From positions 1-37,426 of the forward strand of contig LPNZ01009670.1 of the NCBI GenBank assembly GCA_001655205.1: a stretch of 37,426 nt of DNA. The letters run 5' to 3'. This document shows, in pieces, positions 1-11,800 of the stretch (its first letter is position 1; the number at the start of each line of letters is the position of its first letter). A program made the position numbers and the translations under genes. Below the pieces are notes generated by a model, which did no database searches, was not told where the DNA came from, and saw only the letters and a list, made by a program, of their open reading frames with translations. This DNA is from Lenisia limosa (Eukaryota > Protista > Breviatea).

Positions 1-53
1 TCCCTATGTATCACTGCCACCTCAGCGTTTTCTGTTGTTCAAATTTTTATCAG

Positions 54-415
54 GATCGAAAAACAGTTGATTTACCAGCCACGCGGTTGCCAATTTTTTT
101 TTTTTTTTTTTTAAAGTTTGGATTGATGTGTTTCATAATGAATATCATGCTACCTCTTTATAGTCTTGAAATAAAATACGCTTTCTTTGTACAGTACGCT
201 TTCTCTGTTCATACTCTGTTGCGGATAAAAATGTGTAAATGCGAGGTCGATGGTTTGTTTTCCTGTTTTTATTTGCCGTTTTTTGCTCACCCCTTATTAT
301 TGCATTTGAATGCTTATCTATTGCAGCAAAACTGATTGCAACGTTGTATGAGGAGAACAAAGATGAGGACGGCTTCCTTTACGTCACTTATGCCGGCGAA
401 AGCATCTTCGGTTAG
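54..415 (+). CDS. ATG8: Autophagy ubiquitin-like protein ATG8 (GABARAP/LC3 family), last two exons; 5' part lies outside the window
   Basis: Exon 327-415 after acceptor ttgcag translates (A)[28 protein letters not shown], matching the ATG8 C-terminal signature [22 protein letters not shown]. Probable preceding exon 54-85 ([10 protein letters not shown]) is in the correct phase. Confidence 0.93.
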
Positions 416-536
416 CCTCCAGCATATCTAGCACAGTTTTGATAATGTTTCTTTTTCTATTTAAGGGGTACTTGAAATAGATTCCCCATTCGTTCACTTG
501 AAGGTACCTTTACATTTTACATCAGAACGTCATACT

Positions 537-571
537 ATACAGAACATCTAAGTTGAATCAGGGGGCTAGTT
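537..571 (+). repeat. 35-bp dispersed repeat, copy 1
   Basis: atacagaacatctaagttgaatcagggggctagtt; 34/35 identical to 16048-16082. Confidence 0.9.
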
Positions 572-879
572 TATCGAGGCTTCAGGGGAGGTGTTGAGGG
601 GAATGGTAGTGTTGGCAACGGGGTCGTGGCTGAACTGTAAAAGCGAAAAGGAAGGTATCAATACTAGGTCAAAAATATAGTGAATTCTATCACCTTTTCT
701 TTGAATTTACTGTCCTTCAAACAAAATCACGGGTAAAGCCATCTTTAAAATTATCAAAAAAAACAACATTCTTTGACCCCCCTCCCAACTCCATGTACAA
801 CCCCCCCCCCTCCAAAACTAATATATGATATACATATATTTGACGGCCACCCTTATGGAGACTACTTTTCGTAAGGCTT

Positions 880-2340
880 CATTCATTTCTGGTCATACAT
901 ATTAGGTACCTTGATAGATTGAGGAGAAGTTGAAAAGGATATAATACAGGGGCAGAAAACGAGGAGGGACTAGACTTCACCAATTGTAAAATGCAAATTG
1001 TTGGGCGAATTGTCTTATTAGCGTGGTAGTGTCGGCTCTGACCAGATACTACCTTGCTATCTCACCCCTTAACTTCTTTGTGAACCCACCTGTCAACATA
1101 ATAGACAATTCATTACACACATGGGTTAAGGGTGGATCGTATTTGGGTTACATATAGGACCCCATATTTACATTGGTCATAAATTTCTCAATAACAAAGA
1201 ACTTGCTCACAAGCCCTACCATTTAATATAGTCCTCCATTGGACAGAAAGGCAGGAACATTGTGGCAATAGTGGCTGTGAATACCTGAACTGTAAGAGGG
1301 TTTACATCATTGTTTCCAAAAAGAGCCCAGAACTATATTCCGGACTGAAAGGAGTGGAACACAGCGATATAATGAGCTCATTAAAAAGGGGGTTGTATTT
1401 TTATTAGCGTTTGGATTTAAAAATATAAGTGACAAAGACAGTATTTTAATGTCAATTATTGTACGTTTCCCAAAAAAGTTATTTCCCAATTTTAGAAAAG
1501 CCAAACAGGCTTCTAAAGCATATGCATACATATATATATATCTACAGATCATACAAATGATTTAAATTTGTGTAGGCTGACCTATATGATCATAGACCGA
1601 CTTTCAGTCGAAATGATGAACGAAGATAACATGAGTGTCGAGTGTATCAGAGTATCATTGGAATTATAAGAGGAGTGGATGTATGAGGAATCATATCACT
1701 GACTGGAAAATGATAGTTCACCTTAAAAATGACCCAAAAATAGACATGATTAAAATAAACCAGTATTTCCCATGCACACATTAGAACACCACTCCCATGG
1801 CATACCACATAGAATACGATACCTAGCCACTGCTTTTGACTGAATAGGTATCCCTTGCGCTTCTCTCTACCCACCACCATCACCTAGGATATAACAAACA
1901 GTTAGAATTGGGTCTCAATACGCAATGATCAGAAAGGATTGGTATTTAGTTGAAATCAAAGGAGGTGAAGTACAAACGAAATGGAGACATTCACAAAAGC
2001 CCTTACCTTTATGCTTGACATTCCTGACTCCTTACCCACATCTTCGTCACGCATTTTAGCAGTTGCTGAAATTGGTTACGTCTTGTTGACATATGCCACA
2101 TGACTACCCATATAATATGCAGAGTCTCCTTCATTTCAAAATGTGGCTTAGCCACTTACGATACACCTCCATACAAAAAAAAAATAAAAATAAAAAAAAG
2201 AAGTCAATTTCTTTTCACCATATTGTTGTAATTCTCAAATACAATACAAGGAAGATCCGGGCATTCAGACTATTTTGAAGCTTCATTACCTTGATCAATA
2301 TGTGTGGCTCTGGATTAGTGTTCTTCTTAAATTTTACCAG
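880..2340 (-). CDS. Probable multi-exon hypothetical protein (model unresolved)
   Basis: Minus-strand segments with AG/GT boundaries and coding-like codons: FWALFGNNDVNPLTVQVFTATIATMFLPFCPMEDYIK (about 1220-1330), WVHKEVK (about 1065-1090), VMVVGREKRKGYLFSQKQWL (about 1823-1883), LVKFKKNTNPEPHILIK (about 2290-2340). I could not join all phases and recognise no family. Confidence 0.4.
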
Positions 2341-2718
2341 CTAGCTATTATTTAATCAATGTTGCAGAATACGGTGATTTAGTGCGATTGAGTTGCGAAA
2401 GGTTCATTTAAGGCTACTTATCGAAGTAAGAGCAATGAATAGGTGCACTCATCCCCAGAATTATTATATATTTAAAAAACGATGCTTGTTTGACGATTAA
2501 ATATTTATTGCATTATTTTATATTATTTAAAATTCGTAATTAATAATGATATAGTTTTAGAAATTTTGGCTCAAGTAGTTTGCCCTCAAGACTAGTTGTC
2601 TATGTGTACCAATTTTGTGCGATAGAACTTTTAAACGCTGTATAATACATCGCTGACGCGCTTGGAACGGTAATCTGAGGATATGAATTATCATTAAGTG
2701 CCTTCGGCTTCTTTGTTC

Positions 2719-2743
2719 TTCTCTCTCTCTCTCTCTCTCTCTC
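2719..2743. repeat. (CT)n microsatellite, probably the pyrimidine tract of a 5'UTR intron acceptor (ctcaacag) of the cyclase gene
   Basis: About 12 CT units followed directly by caacag, upstream of the candidate ATG at 2886. Confidence 0.7.
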
Positions 2744-2885
2744 AACAGTATCACAGCGTCTCTTGGTTCCTAATATTCAGATATTAATTAAGAATCTATT
2801 GAACCCTATTTACCTCCAAACTTGATGATCAGTCCGCGGATATCTTGTATCTTTCTCACCTCGTCAGTTTGCTGACAGCCGCATT

Positions 2886-5800
2886 ATGGGGCTCTCAGTT
2901 ACAAGTAGTCATCTGTCCAATGCATCGGCTGTCTCAGAGCGGAGCGTTATGAGCAATGAGCTGTGGGATGGGGTTGTTTCCGGAATTATATCTTTTTGAA
3001 ATCAATTCAATTGATTTGGTGGCAGAGTCTATTTTTGTCATTTTATGATATAACTAGGGCTTCCCTACGGTCCGAAAAAGACAGTTTAAATGTCGATATT
3101 TACGAGAATTTATCGAGATATTCGGTCTTTTTGTGACCGTAGTGAATCCCTAGATATAACCAATGGGGGCCCATGCAGTCTTGCCTTACGCAACTTACAC
3201 TTCACTACAGGGAGGGTGACATGGCCAACTTTGTGGTCCGTAAAACTGCCATTGAAGAGGCCGTCCGCAGAGAAGTCAGGCGTCAGCGTATCACAGACAC
3301 TCTTGTGAGGAGAGGGCCTGACGAGCATACTCGAATATTCATTTTGTTTATTGAAGCCATTGAATGACAAAATTTGACATTAAATAGTAATGGAGTTCGT
3401 TCCAATGTGGCTCACTTCAAATTTTTAAATTAATTTATTAAATAATTGCACTGAGCTCTGCTCTTTTGTCCTTTTAGATATTTACTCATCTTTTGGTCTT
3501 ATCATCGTAGTACTCAAACATTACCTTGGCTACTGTGAGTCAAATCATCATCCTGAGTGCCCATCTTGTTGCTGAGGACTATTCCCCAACGCCAATCACA
3601 ATATGGTGTTTGCTAATCTTCTTGACAGCCTGTTCATCATGTAAGGAAGATCTTCTTGGTGAATATTTTGGAGATGATTGAATGTTCATTCTCCAGCATG
3701 TGCTATGGTTATGCGAGCTATCACGCTTATATCCCAAGTTACTTCTGTCATAAGAAAACACACAAATCGCTCAAGAGGAGCGCATAGTGGTAGGCACTTG
3801 GAGATTCAAAAGTCATAACAATGATTTTTGGATAAAAATAGAATTGATCTCATGCTTGTTGTTGTTACAATATAATTCATGAAAATTTAATGTCTTTTAA
3901 CCCATTTCCTACAGCTGTATTTACTCCTTCAGTTTACCTCAAAGCTGCCCAAATGTCATCAATAGGGAGAGGCTTGTATGGGGGCTTTTTGACAAACTAT
4001 GTCAAGTATAATCATCACTTTTGTTAAATTCAATAATCAAATGGCAGCGATAGTATTGCTCGTCATATCTTTGGTCCATTATGCAACACTGTGTTTTTCT
4101 TCGTTTTACTCCCCAGAATGCCAAACTACTACATGCCGTTTCAAGTTCTTCTCGCAGTTATCCGAGCCTTGGCGTTAGCAGGACTTCTGATCGCTGATCC
4201 CGTGGTGTCGGTTGGCGTTCGAGCGAGTGCCATGGTCATCATGGCCGTTTGCTCTTGTGCGCGTGGCTCTGGGTCCATAATTTAGGCTTTTTATCTGATT
4301 TCGTTCTACTACATGCATAGATATGTGTGTACATATGATATATCTAAGTATATAATACATGTATAGTATATTATATTTACTCCATGTGAAGTAGTCTATT
4401 GTATGTCGTGATATATGTGTTACTTTGTCTCTAACCAGATTACTTTATTTCATGCATATACCCATATGACGTTTGATACATCACCTTTCTGGTCAATCCA
4501 TACCCAATAAACAATACCTAATCTCATCTATGAATATGATGCTCAACTTGAAATTCTTGACTGGTTCAGCACTGTTCTCTGGAATGAACATTCTTCCGTC
4601 GTTCCTTATTTGCTCGATGTTCAATGTGATCATCATCACCTATGACATCATGAAAGGTAAACTAATTGCTGATATAACTGTATATTATGAAATAGCAAAT
4701 CATGTGTTCTAGACATGGATTAATGTACACTAATCGCTAGATTGTGTGTATGTCAACTCGGACTCCTTCTCAAATTAGGCTTGAGCCGGTACTTCCCTCA
4801 ATTCTCTAGGGTACCAAATGAACATCTACATCCAATTTGCCTTCTCAATCGTTCTGGTCTTTCCTGTGATCCAGAAAGTTGCCCATAGCAACCTTGTGCA
4901 ATCCGTGAAGTCAAGGAAGAAAGCCGATCGTGATACCAATAGAATGCGTAAGAGGGGTTGGTGATAGTAGTTACATCAGCAGAGGGGGTCCATATATATG
5001 AATGAGTTTTGAAGATTATCTTGTCAGAGGGTGAGTAGAGGGTGGGGTGAGTAGCAGTTTGCAGTATTTCCGACTCATATTCTTAGTTTCATTCACATCA
5101 CGTTCTCGTTTTGCCCCATTTTCTAACATGTCCAGGAGGCATGTTGAAGCAGATGCTTCCGTCACACGTGAGAGCAAACCTAAATGTGAAGGGCTACTGC
5201 AACATTGTTGAGAGAATCTGTCTATCAAAAGTCTCACTGTTAGATTCACATCACATAAAATCAAGCAAAATGACACTTCCCTAAAATTCATTTTCTAGAA
5301 ATATAAACCGTGTCCCTTTTTTCCCATTATTTTTTCTTTATCCAAAGGCACATATTCCTCTGAGAATTCCTTATCAAAGTATACGTACAGATTCAATGTA
5401 GTATTTTCTGCTAACTATTCAGACTCAAGGGTCTCAGCCTGTAGAGGTGTTCCAGAATGTCACTGTCGCCTTTGTCTATGTAGGCTTACTGCAGTGTTTT
5501 TGTAAGAAAAAATGTCCAAATGTATAAGTGATTCAGTTTCTTATTTTTTTCACAAATAATACGTATCATATGATATCGATATGTTCTCAAAATACCACAT
5601 CATATCATTTGGACGAATATGCTCTGATATGGTGTATTTCCTTTATTATTATTATTATTGCTAAATTCATAGTTCATTGTTTAGGTTACGTTCATTGATG
5701 CTGAGCTAATGAAGAACGCTTCTGTGGTAAGTCAGGGCTTCACCAGTGATTATTTACCTCTCAAATTTGAAAAGTTTCAGAATCATCGACATTCATCATA

Positions 5801-8800
5801 CAATTCTACTGTATTTCAGCAATTATTCCATTCACGAATCTTGCTCTTTAGCATACTCGTGTATGTTGAGACGTACGGTGTAATGATAAATTCGATTAAC
5901 TGGTCAGATTGTGAGTGAACTAACACGATTCGTGAAAGCCGCTGATTCTGTCATTGATGTTAACAACTGGTTTGCTGGATGATATTTGGTGCTCTGTAAT
6001 TAAGTGTACCTATTCGATTTGTGAGGAACTTTGCAACTCGGAGTTTTGAGTATCGACTTTTTTTGATACTAACGCGATCCAGCTTTAAGTTGGAACAAGT
6101 GGACTACTCCCTTATTTACGTTGGCGGTCTGCCTGTACAAACTGGCAACGGTAAAAGAAGACATGTTACAAGCTGTGGGGTGGGGGCACAGCAACATGGA
6201 TATTGATTTCTCGCATATCTGTTCTTCACTGTCCCGTTAGCTCTATCACAGTCAGCATAATTTGTTCTTCCATTGGGCACTCTAAGCCCATCTTACCCTT
6301 AAGCTCTAGGCCCCTCTTAGCCTAAGCCCCTCTTACCCTAAACCACTCTCACCTTCTTACAATGGCAGTGGATAGCGGGGAGGCTGGAGCCCAGGCGACC
6401 GTGAGAGTTTCTTTGGGCATCGCTGAGTCTGTGCGAGGGGGAAGGTTGCCTGTTTGTTCAAGTTTGTCAAGAGAGGATGGGCGTTTGATAATATTTTTGG
6501 AGGTGCCAACTGAAAACAAAATGATCATTTAGCCCTTTACCTTACCATAGCCCTTACTTCTTATCATAGCCTTTAAAAATGATAACTCTATAACTTATCA
6601 TCTAACCAGGTTCGTCGAAGGGGTATATTCAGCCTCACAATCGGCGCTAACTCGGGCACCACTTCTGCTGGCATGCTTGGTGGGGAGGAGGGGCAGATAA
6701 TATGCAGACAATATTATTTTTGCAGGAAAAAACCGTGTTTTTTTAACTTATAAAGACATCTGAAAGCGTTGTGGATACACACTTCATAATGGGTTATGTT
6801 AGTGTGTTCACTCGTAATATACCACTTCATTTGCTCTGGTCAAGATCGAAGACTAACCTTCCAGGTCTCTCGCGGCAATGGGTGATGGTGTCATCAACGC
6901 TGAACAAGGCTTCGCGCATTGCTACAATGGCTGCCGAAGATAACATCATGTGGGCTGTGTGGCATATTCATGTGGGCTTTTGCATGATGTATTGATATTT
7001 TGTTTGCTCTTCAACCAACCCACCCCCCCTTCAATTTTCACTTTTTCAAAAGAAGCATGTATGGAATCTTTTAGTCGAAATCTGTTGCATTTTTAATACC
7101 ACTAGGGTCTCAAAGTCTACTGTTGATGCAATTGCAGCGTCCAAGGAGAACGTTTTCGTACAGGGTGAGTTGGGTGAGTTGTGGTCATTGATGGGTATTT
7201 GTGGATAAATCAATGACACTAAAGGCGTGTGTGGTGTGATTTGTTTCATTGTGATTCAAAAATACTGAAATTCATTAATCTTGACCTATGTAGTTCCACC
7301 TCCAAATGAAACAGAGACTGACGATGGTAGTTCGGGGGGGGGGGGGNNNNNNNNNNNNNNNNNNNNNNNNNNNNNNNNNNNNNNNNNNNNNNNNNNNNNN
7401 NNNNNNNTAATCAGTCACCTCAATTTTATAACAGAATATCAATATTCTTTCATTTTTCAATTTCGTGCAATTAGTCCATAAAGATCCTCATTTCTGACGC
7501 CCTCTTCACGACTGACTTTTTAGAAGAACCACCTGTCACAATTATTGGAGATAATGGGATTTGGAAATGCATCCCTTCAGGCTCAATCGAGGCTAAGGTT
7601 GGGTGTTTTGCTTCTGTATTATTCTAATGGTTCTGATTTGTTCGGATAGTTTTGGGATGTAACTACAAATTGATATATAAACAATCAACAACTCTGACAA
7701 TTTCTAATTGCGACAAGCCATAGTGCTGCTTCGGCTTATCTATATTATTCTCTTGGAAATGGCTTCCCATCAAATCCCCTATACGTTTCATTTGACATAT
7801 TTAGGGACTAGGTCGCTTCCCTGTTTGGACCGTGTTTTCAACGCTCTTACATGGGTATGCTACTACTTGTGTGAACTTTACATCCCCTCTTCCTACTCTA
7901 TCCAGTCACAAACAACTAGCTAGTAGTTCCCTATTTATCATATTTCAATTCCCCCAACCACATCATTGTCCCGATTAATCGTCACTTCCCCTGCGACACA
8001 TTCCTTATCTCCCCCCCCCCCCNNNNNNNNNNNNNNNNNNNNNNNNNNNNNNNNNNNNNNNNNNNNNNNNNNNNNNNNNNNNNNNNNNNNNNNNNNNNNN
8101 NNNNNNNNNNNNNNNNNNNNNNNNNNNNNNNNNNNNTCGAGCGAAATATGTTCTACAGTTTGCGAGGGTCCCTTGTAGTTTCTGAGGTCCTGGTTTTCTA
8201 TCATTCCTAGTTACAAGATGGAAATTTTACATTTTTATAATATTAATAAACTACCATTCCAATTTGATTCTACTTTAACACTGAAGGGAGTCTGGGAGCT
8301 GTACGGCTATTGAAGAACTGGAGAGCACTCATCCTGATCAGGTATGTTCCATGCTTTATTACAGTCATTATCATTCATGTCGATGGATTATTATTAAGAC
8401 CAGACCAAAATCCTAAGTCGAATTTTTGGGCTTAATTCGGAGTTTCGGCCAAAAATCCGACATAAGCTTATTGTTTAAGCTCGTTGTTTTGAGTTAGCAA
8501 TTGAAAACGATAGAGTATTTTTGCTTCCAAAATTGATAAAATTAGTACTGTGAATATATGTATTTTTTTATTTGAAATATGTGTTTTTTTGAAGGTTAAT
8601 ATGATAAACAGTGACCAAAGACCCGGTTCAAAATCCTTAAGTCGGAGTTTGTAGTTTTGAAATGGAATTCCGGGGTCCTTAATCATTTTCAATTTCGCTT
8701 CAAATCTTCCGTTTTTGAAACAGACTATATTTCTTTGTCCTAGATTAAACTGTCATCCCAACAAATTGGTGATATTTCAGGCGGAAATGCTGTTTGGAGT

Positions 8801-11800
8801 CAAGGTCAACAAGCTCTTCATGACTCTTGATGTTGACAAAAGTCTCAAGGAGGATGAAGTTGACACTCATTTGCTTCTGATTCAAGATGTGGGTGTTTAT
8901 GATAGTGTCCATTGATAGTTCAGATAGAGGGAAAAGTCTGCTTTTCCCAATCTGTTTTCCAGACAAATGATAAAACCAATTTGATATTTCTCTCAATGTT
9001 GTTATTACAACAGAGCCTTTTTTTGTTCTTCATCGCTTTAGATCCCGGGACAAGACGCTGAGAAGCTCTGTGAAGAACATCGATGGAACTTCCTTTGGGA
9101 ATCCAGGGTATGGTTTGATAAAACGATTTTCTATTAGATCTACAACTCCGTTTGATTTTTTCATGATACTGTGCCCGCTTTTACAATACTGCACACCGTT
9201 CAAGTCTTACCCTGTAGTACCTGGACATGGTAATGAGTGTTGTGACAGTTGCCGCCTTTATTGGAACAATTGCCATGTACGTTGGGGTGACTCTTCACTT
9301 GTGCAGGAGGGGGGGTATTGCCTAGAGCCCTCCAAACATGACGGTTATTCAAGAACCTAATATATCTGTTGGCAAGCTAACCTTCTCAACCCCTCTGTTA
9401 CGTAATAATGGGGCTAGCATCTGGTCACAAAATAAGAACAGTCCTTCATATTATTCTGATAATTTGACCTTTTGCAGGAGGGAAGACACCTATAATGGCA
9501 AGAATGGAATGTCCTACTTCTCTGATGTGGGTTGAGTTCCTTTCTAGGATGTCTTTGAACTATCACACATACTGTGATAATTTGAGCAATTCCCTTCACA
9601 GAATTTTAAGGCAAATGATTGATTATTATGCTGCAGGAGCGACATACCGCGTTTATGTATATAAACCCCGTTGCAACAATTATATCCTTGGTGTCGTGGT
9701 TCAAGAAGCTTAATCTGTGGGGGGATTTGGTGTGTTATTGTCACGTGTTATTCACTTTTTAGATTATATGATATCTAGTATTATATATAATATACCTTTT
9801 CTGAATCATCTTTATGATTTCCTTTAACGAGATATTCGTATCAAAAATATTCTCACAATCAAGATGGAAAGATTGGTCCATTCCTCTCTTTGCGCTCCTT
9901 TTCGGTTCAATGTACTTCCCAGGCCCCAGAGATGACCAAACCGAGTGGGGAGGGGGGGGGGTTGAGATTATGAAGAGTAAATATGTTTTATAGATTAGTT
10001 TCTCAAAATAATTTATCATTTTCGGTATCGAAGTGATCCCATCAAATGCAACACTCCCACTATGTTGACAGGTTTAGGCAAACCGAACAGATCATCGGAA
10101 ACGTTTGCTGGTGCATTATCATCTTCCTCAGCAATTCCGCGTTCATTTATATGTAAGTCTTGCTTTTTATCTTGGGAGGAATTATTTTGAATTTTGGAAA
10201 AATCATGGATAGTATTATCCCATTTATGGCTCTAATTCTTCATTTAGCTACATGTAATATCCGTTATTTATATGATGTACATTACATTCATTTGATATAA
10301 TATTATTCATATGATATTATTTGTAGCGATATAATTTTTTTTGCCTTTTTTAAGAGCAATAATGATACTCCAGGGTCCCAGCATTCATTATTCAAACAAT
10401 ATGCATCATTGCACTCTGCATCATCCACGGATTCTTTGTGGGGAACATTGTCATTCGAGTCGCGTCCGTCTTAGCCTGTATTATCCCCATTATCATCTAC
10501 AGCAGAAGGCGGTAGGATGGCTGGTTTATACAATTATATTATAGTAATGGTGGGGCAGCGGTTGCTTAGAGTCTCGATGTAATTTACAAACAGCCATCCT
10601 CACAGTGTATCCCTGCATTGATGTTGTGTTTTTCAGTCTCGTTTTTATTTCGTTTCGTTGCTGCAGACCTGGGCTTTGTTTGTTTTGTTGTTTTCAACCC
10701 GCGTGTATAGTCCGTCAGCCAAGAGAGTTGATTTTGGGCTTTTTTGTTTCAATAATTTTCCATGTTTTACCCCCACGTGCAGGTATCGATACGCCATTTC
10801 ATGTTTTCTTGAGTATGAGATCATCAAGTTCCGGAACTCACAAATGCACAGTATGTTGTCATCAGTATTAGATTGATTTTTTTTTGTATTTTTGACTGAT
10901 TGACTATAATGGTTAATTGTTATTTAATACATACATATCAAATGATATACTCTTACAATATACTCATAGAGTCTCGAATGCGCAGTATTTCTTCACTCAA
11001 CAGATGTTTTATCCACGTTGCTTCCCTCAAACGTGGTTGACGACTTTGTGGCCGATCAGCTTTCAGTCCAGTCCTATGAGTCCCTGAGCGTTTTACAGGT
11101 CAGAGGGGTGTACAGTTCAATGAAAATTCTGGTACATCATCGAAGGCGTGTTATTATGAATTTTAGAAACTCCAAGTAACGTTGTAAGGTATGTAGTGAA
11201 CAATGATTTTGCTCCCCCCTCCCCATTTTCTCGCTCCTTGCCCTGTCACTTTTGATACTGCAATTGAAACTTAAAAGAGCCTTCAGCTTATTCTCATGCT
11301 CCAGTTGGACATAGCTGGCTTCACCAAGTTTTCCAGTGACAAGGACCCAAGAGTGGTGTTCGCAACCTTGACGAATCTTAGTACGCTGGTCAAACTCATG
11401 TGGTATTAAATCATCATCATATTTCCAATATCGAATAATCACAAAATAAGACCGGTTTAATTAGCTTCTCTTCTGCTTCGCTTCGCAAATTGCAGTCATT
11501 GTTTTATTTTGGTCCACTTCAACCATCTTTCTAACAATGCAGTTACAAGCTTTGATACCTTGTGCATGACTTACGCGGGCTGTACGAGACTCTACACTAT
11601 TGGAGATNNNNNNNNNNNNNNNNNNNNNNNNNNNNNNNNNNNNNNNNNNNNNNNNNNNNNNNNNNNNNNNNNNNNNNNNNNNNNNNNNNNNNNNNNNNNN
11701 NNNNTATAACGCCTCGAAAATTATCGATATTTTGTTGTTCTTTTCAGACTGGAGTGAAGGCCTGGTACAGGGAACTGTATTTTTAAGAAGCCTGGCTAGG

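Noticed and set aside
537-571. rRNA gene fragment
   Set aside because: Only 13 nt match SSU rRNA and the flanks are unrelated. It is kept as a guide-like motif, not an rRNA feature.
1214-1375. Apparent long frame with two in-frame TAGs, suggesting TAG=Gln recoding
   Set aside because: One TAG coincides with a plausible acceptor (aatatag|) and the other overlaps a donor (tg|gtaggg). No TAA/TAG interrupts conserved XRN2, PFKFB or cyclase exons, and genes end in TAG or TAA.
415-2886. A P4-ATPase-like module upstream of the cyclase, as in alveolate GCs
   Set aside because: There is not enough room, and no DKTGT or other P-type ATPase motif was seen on the plus strand.
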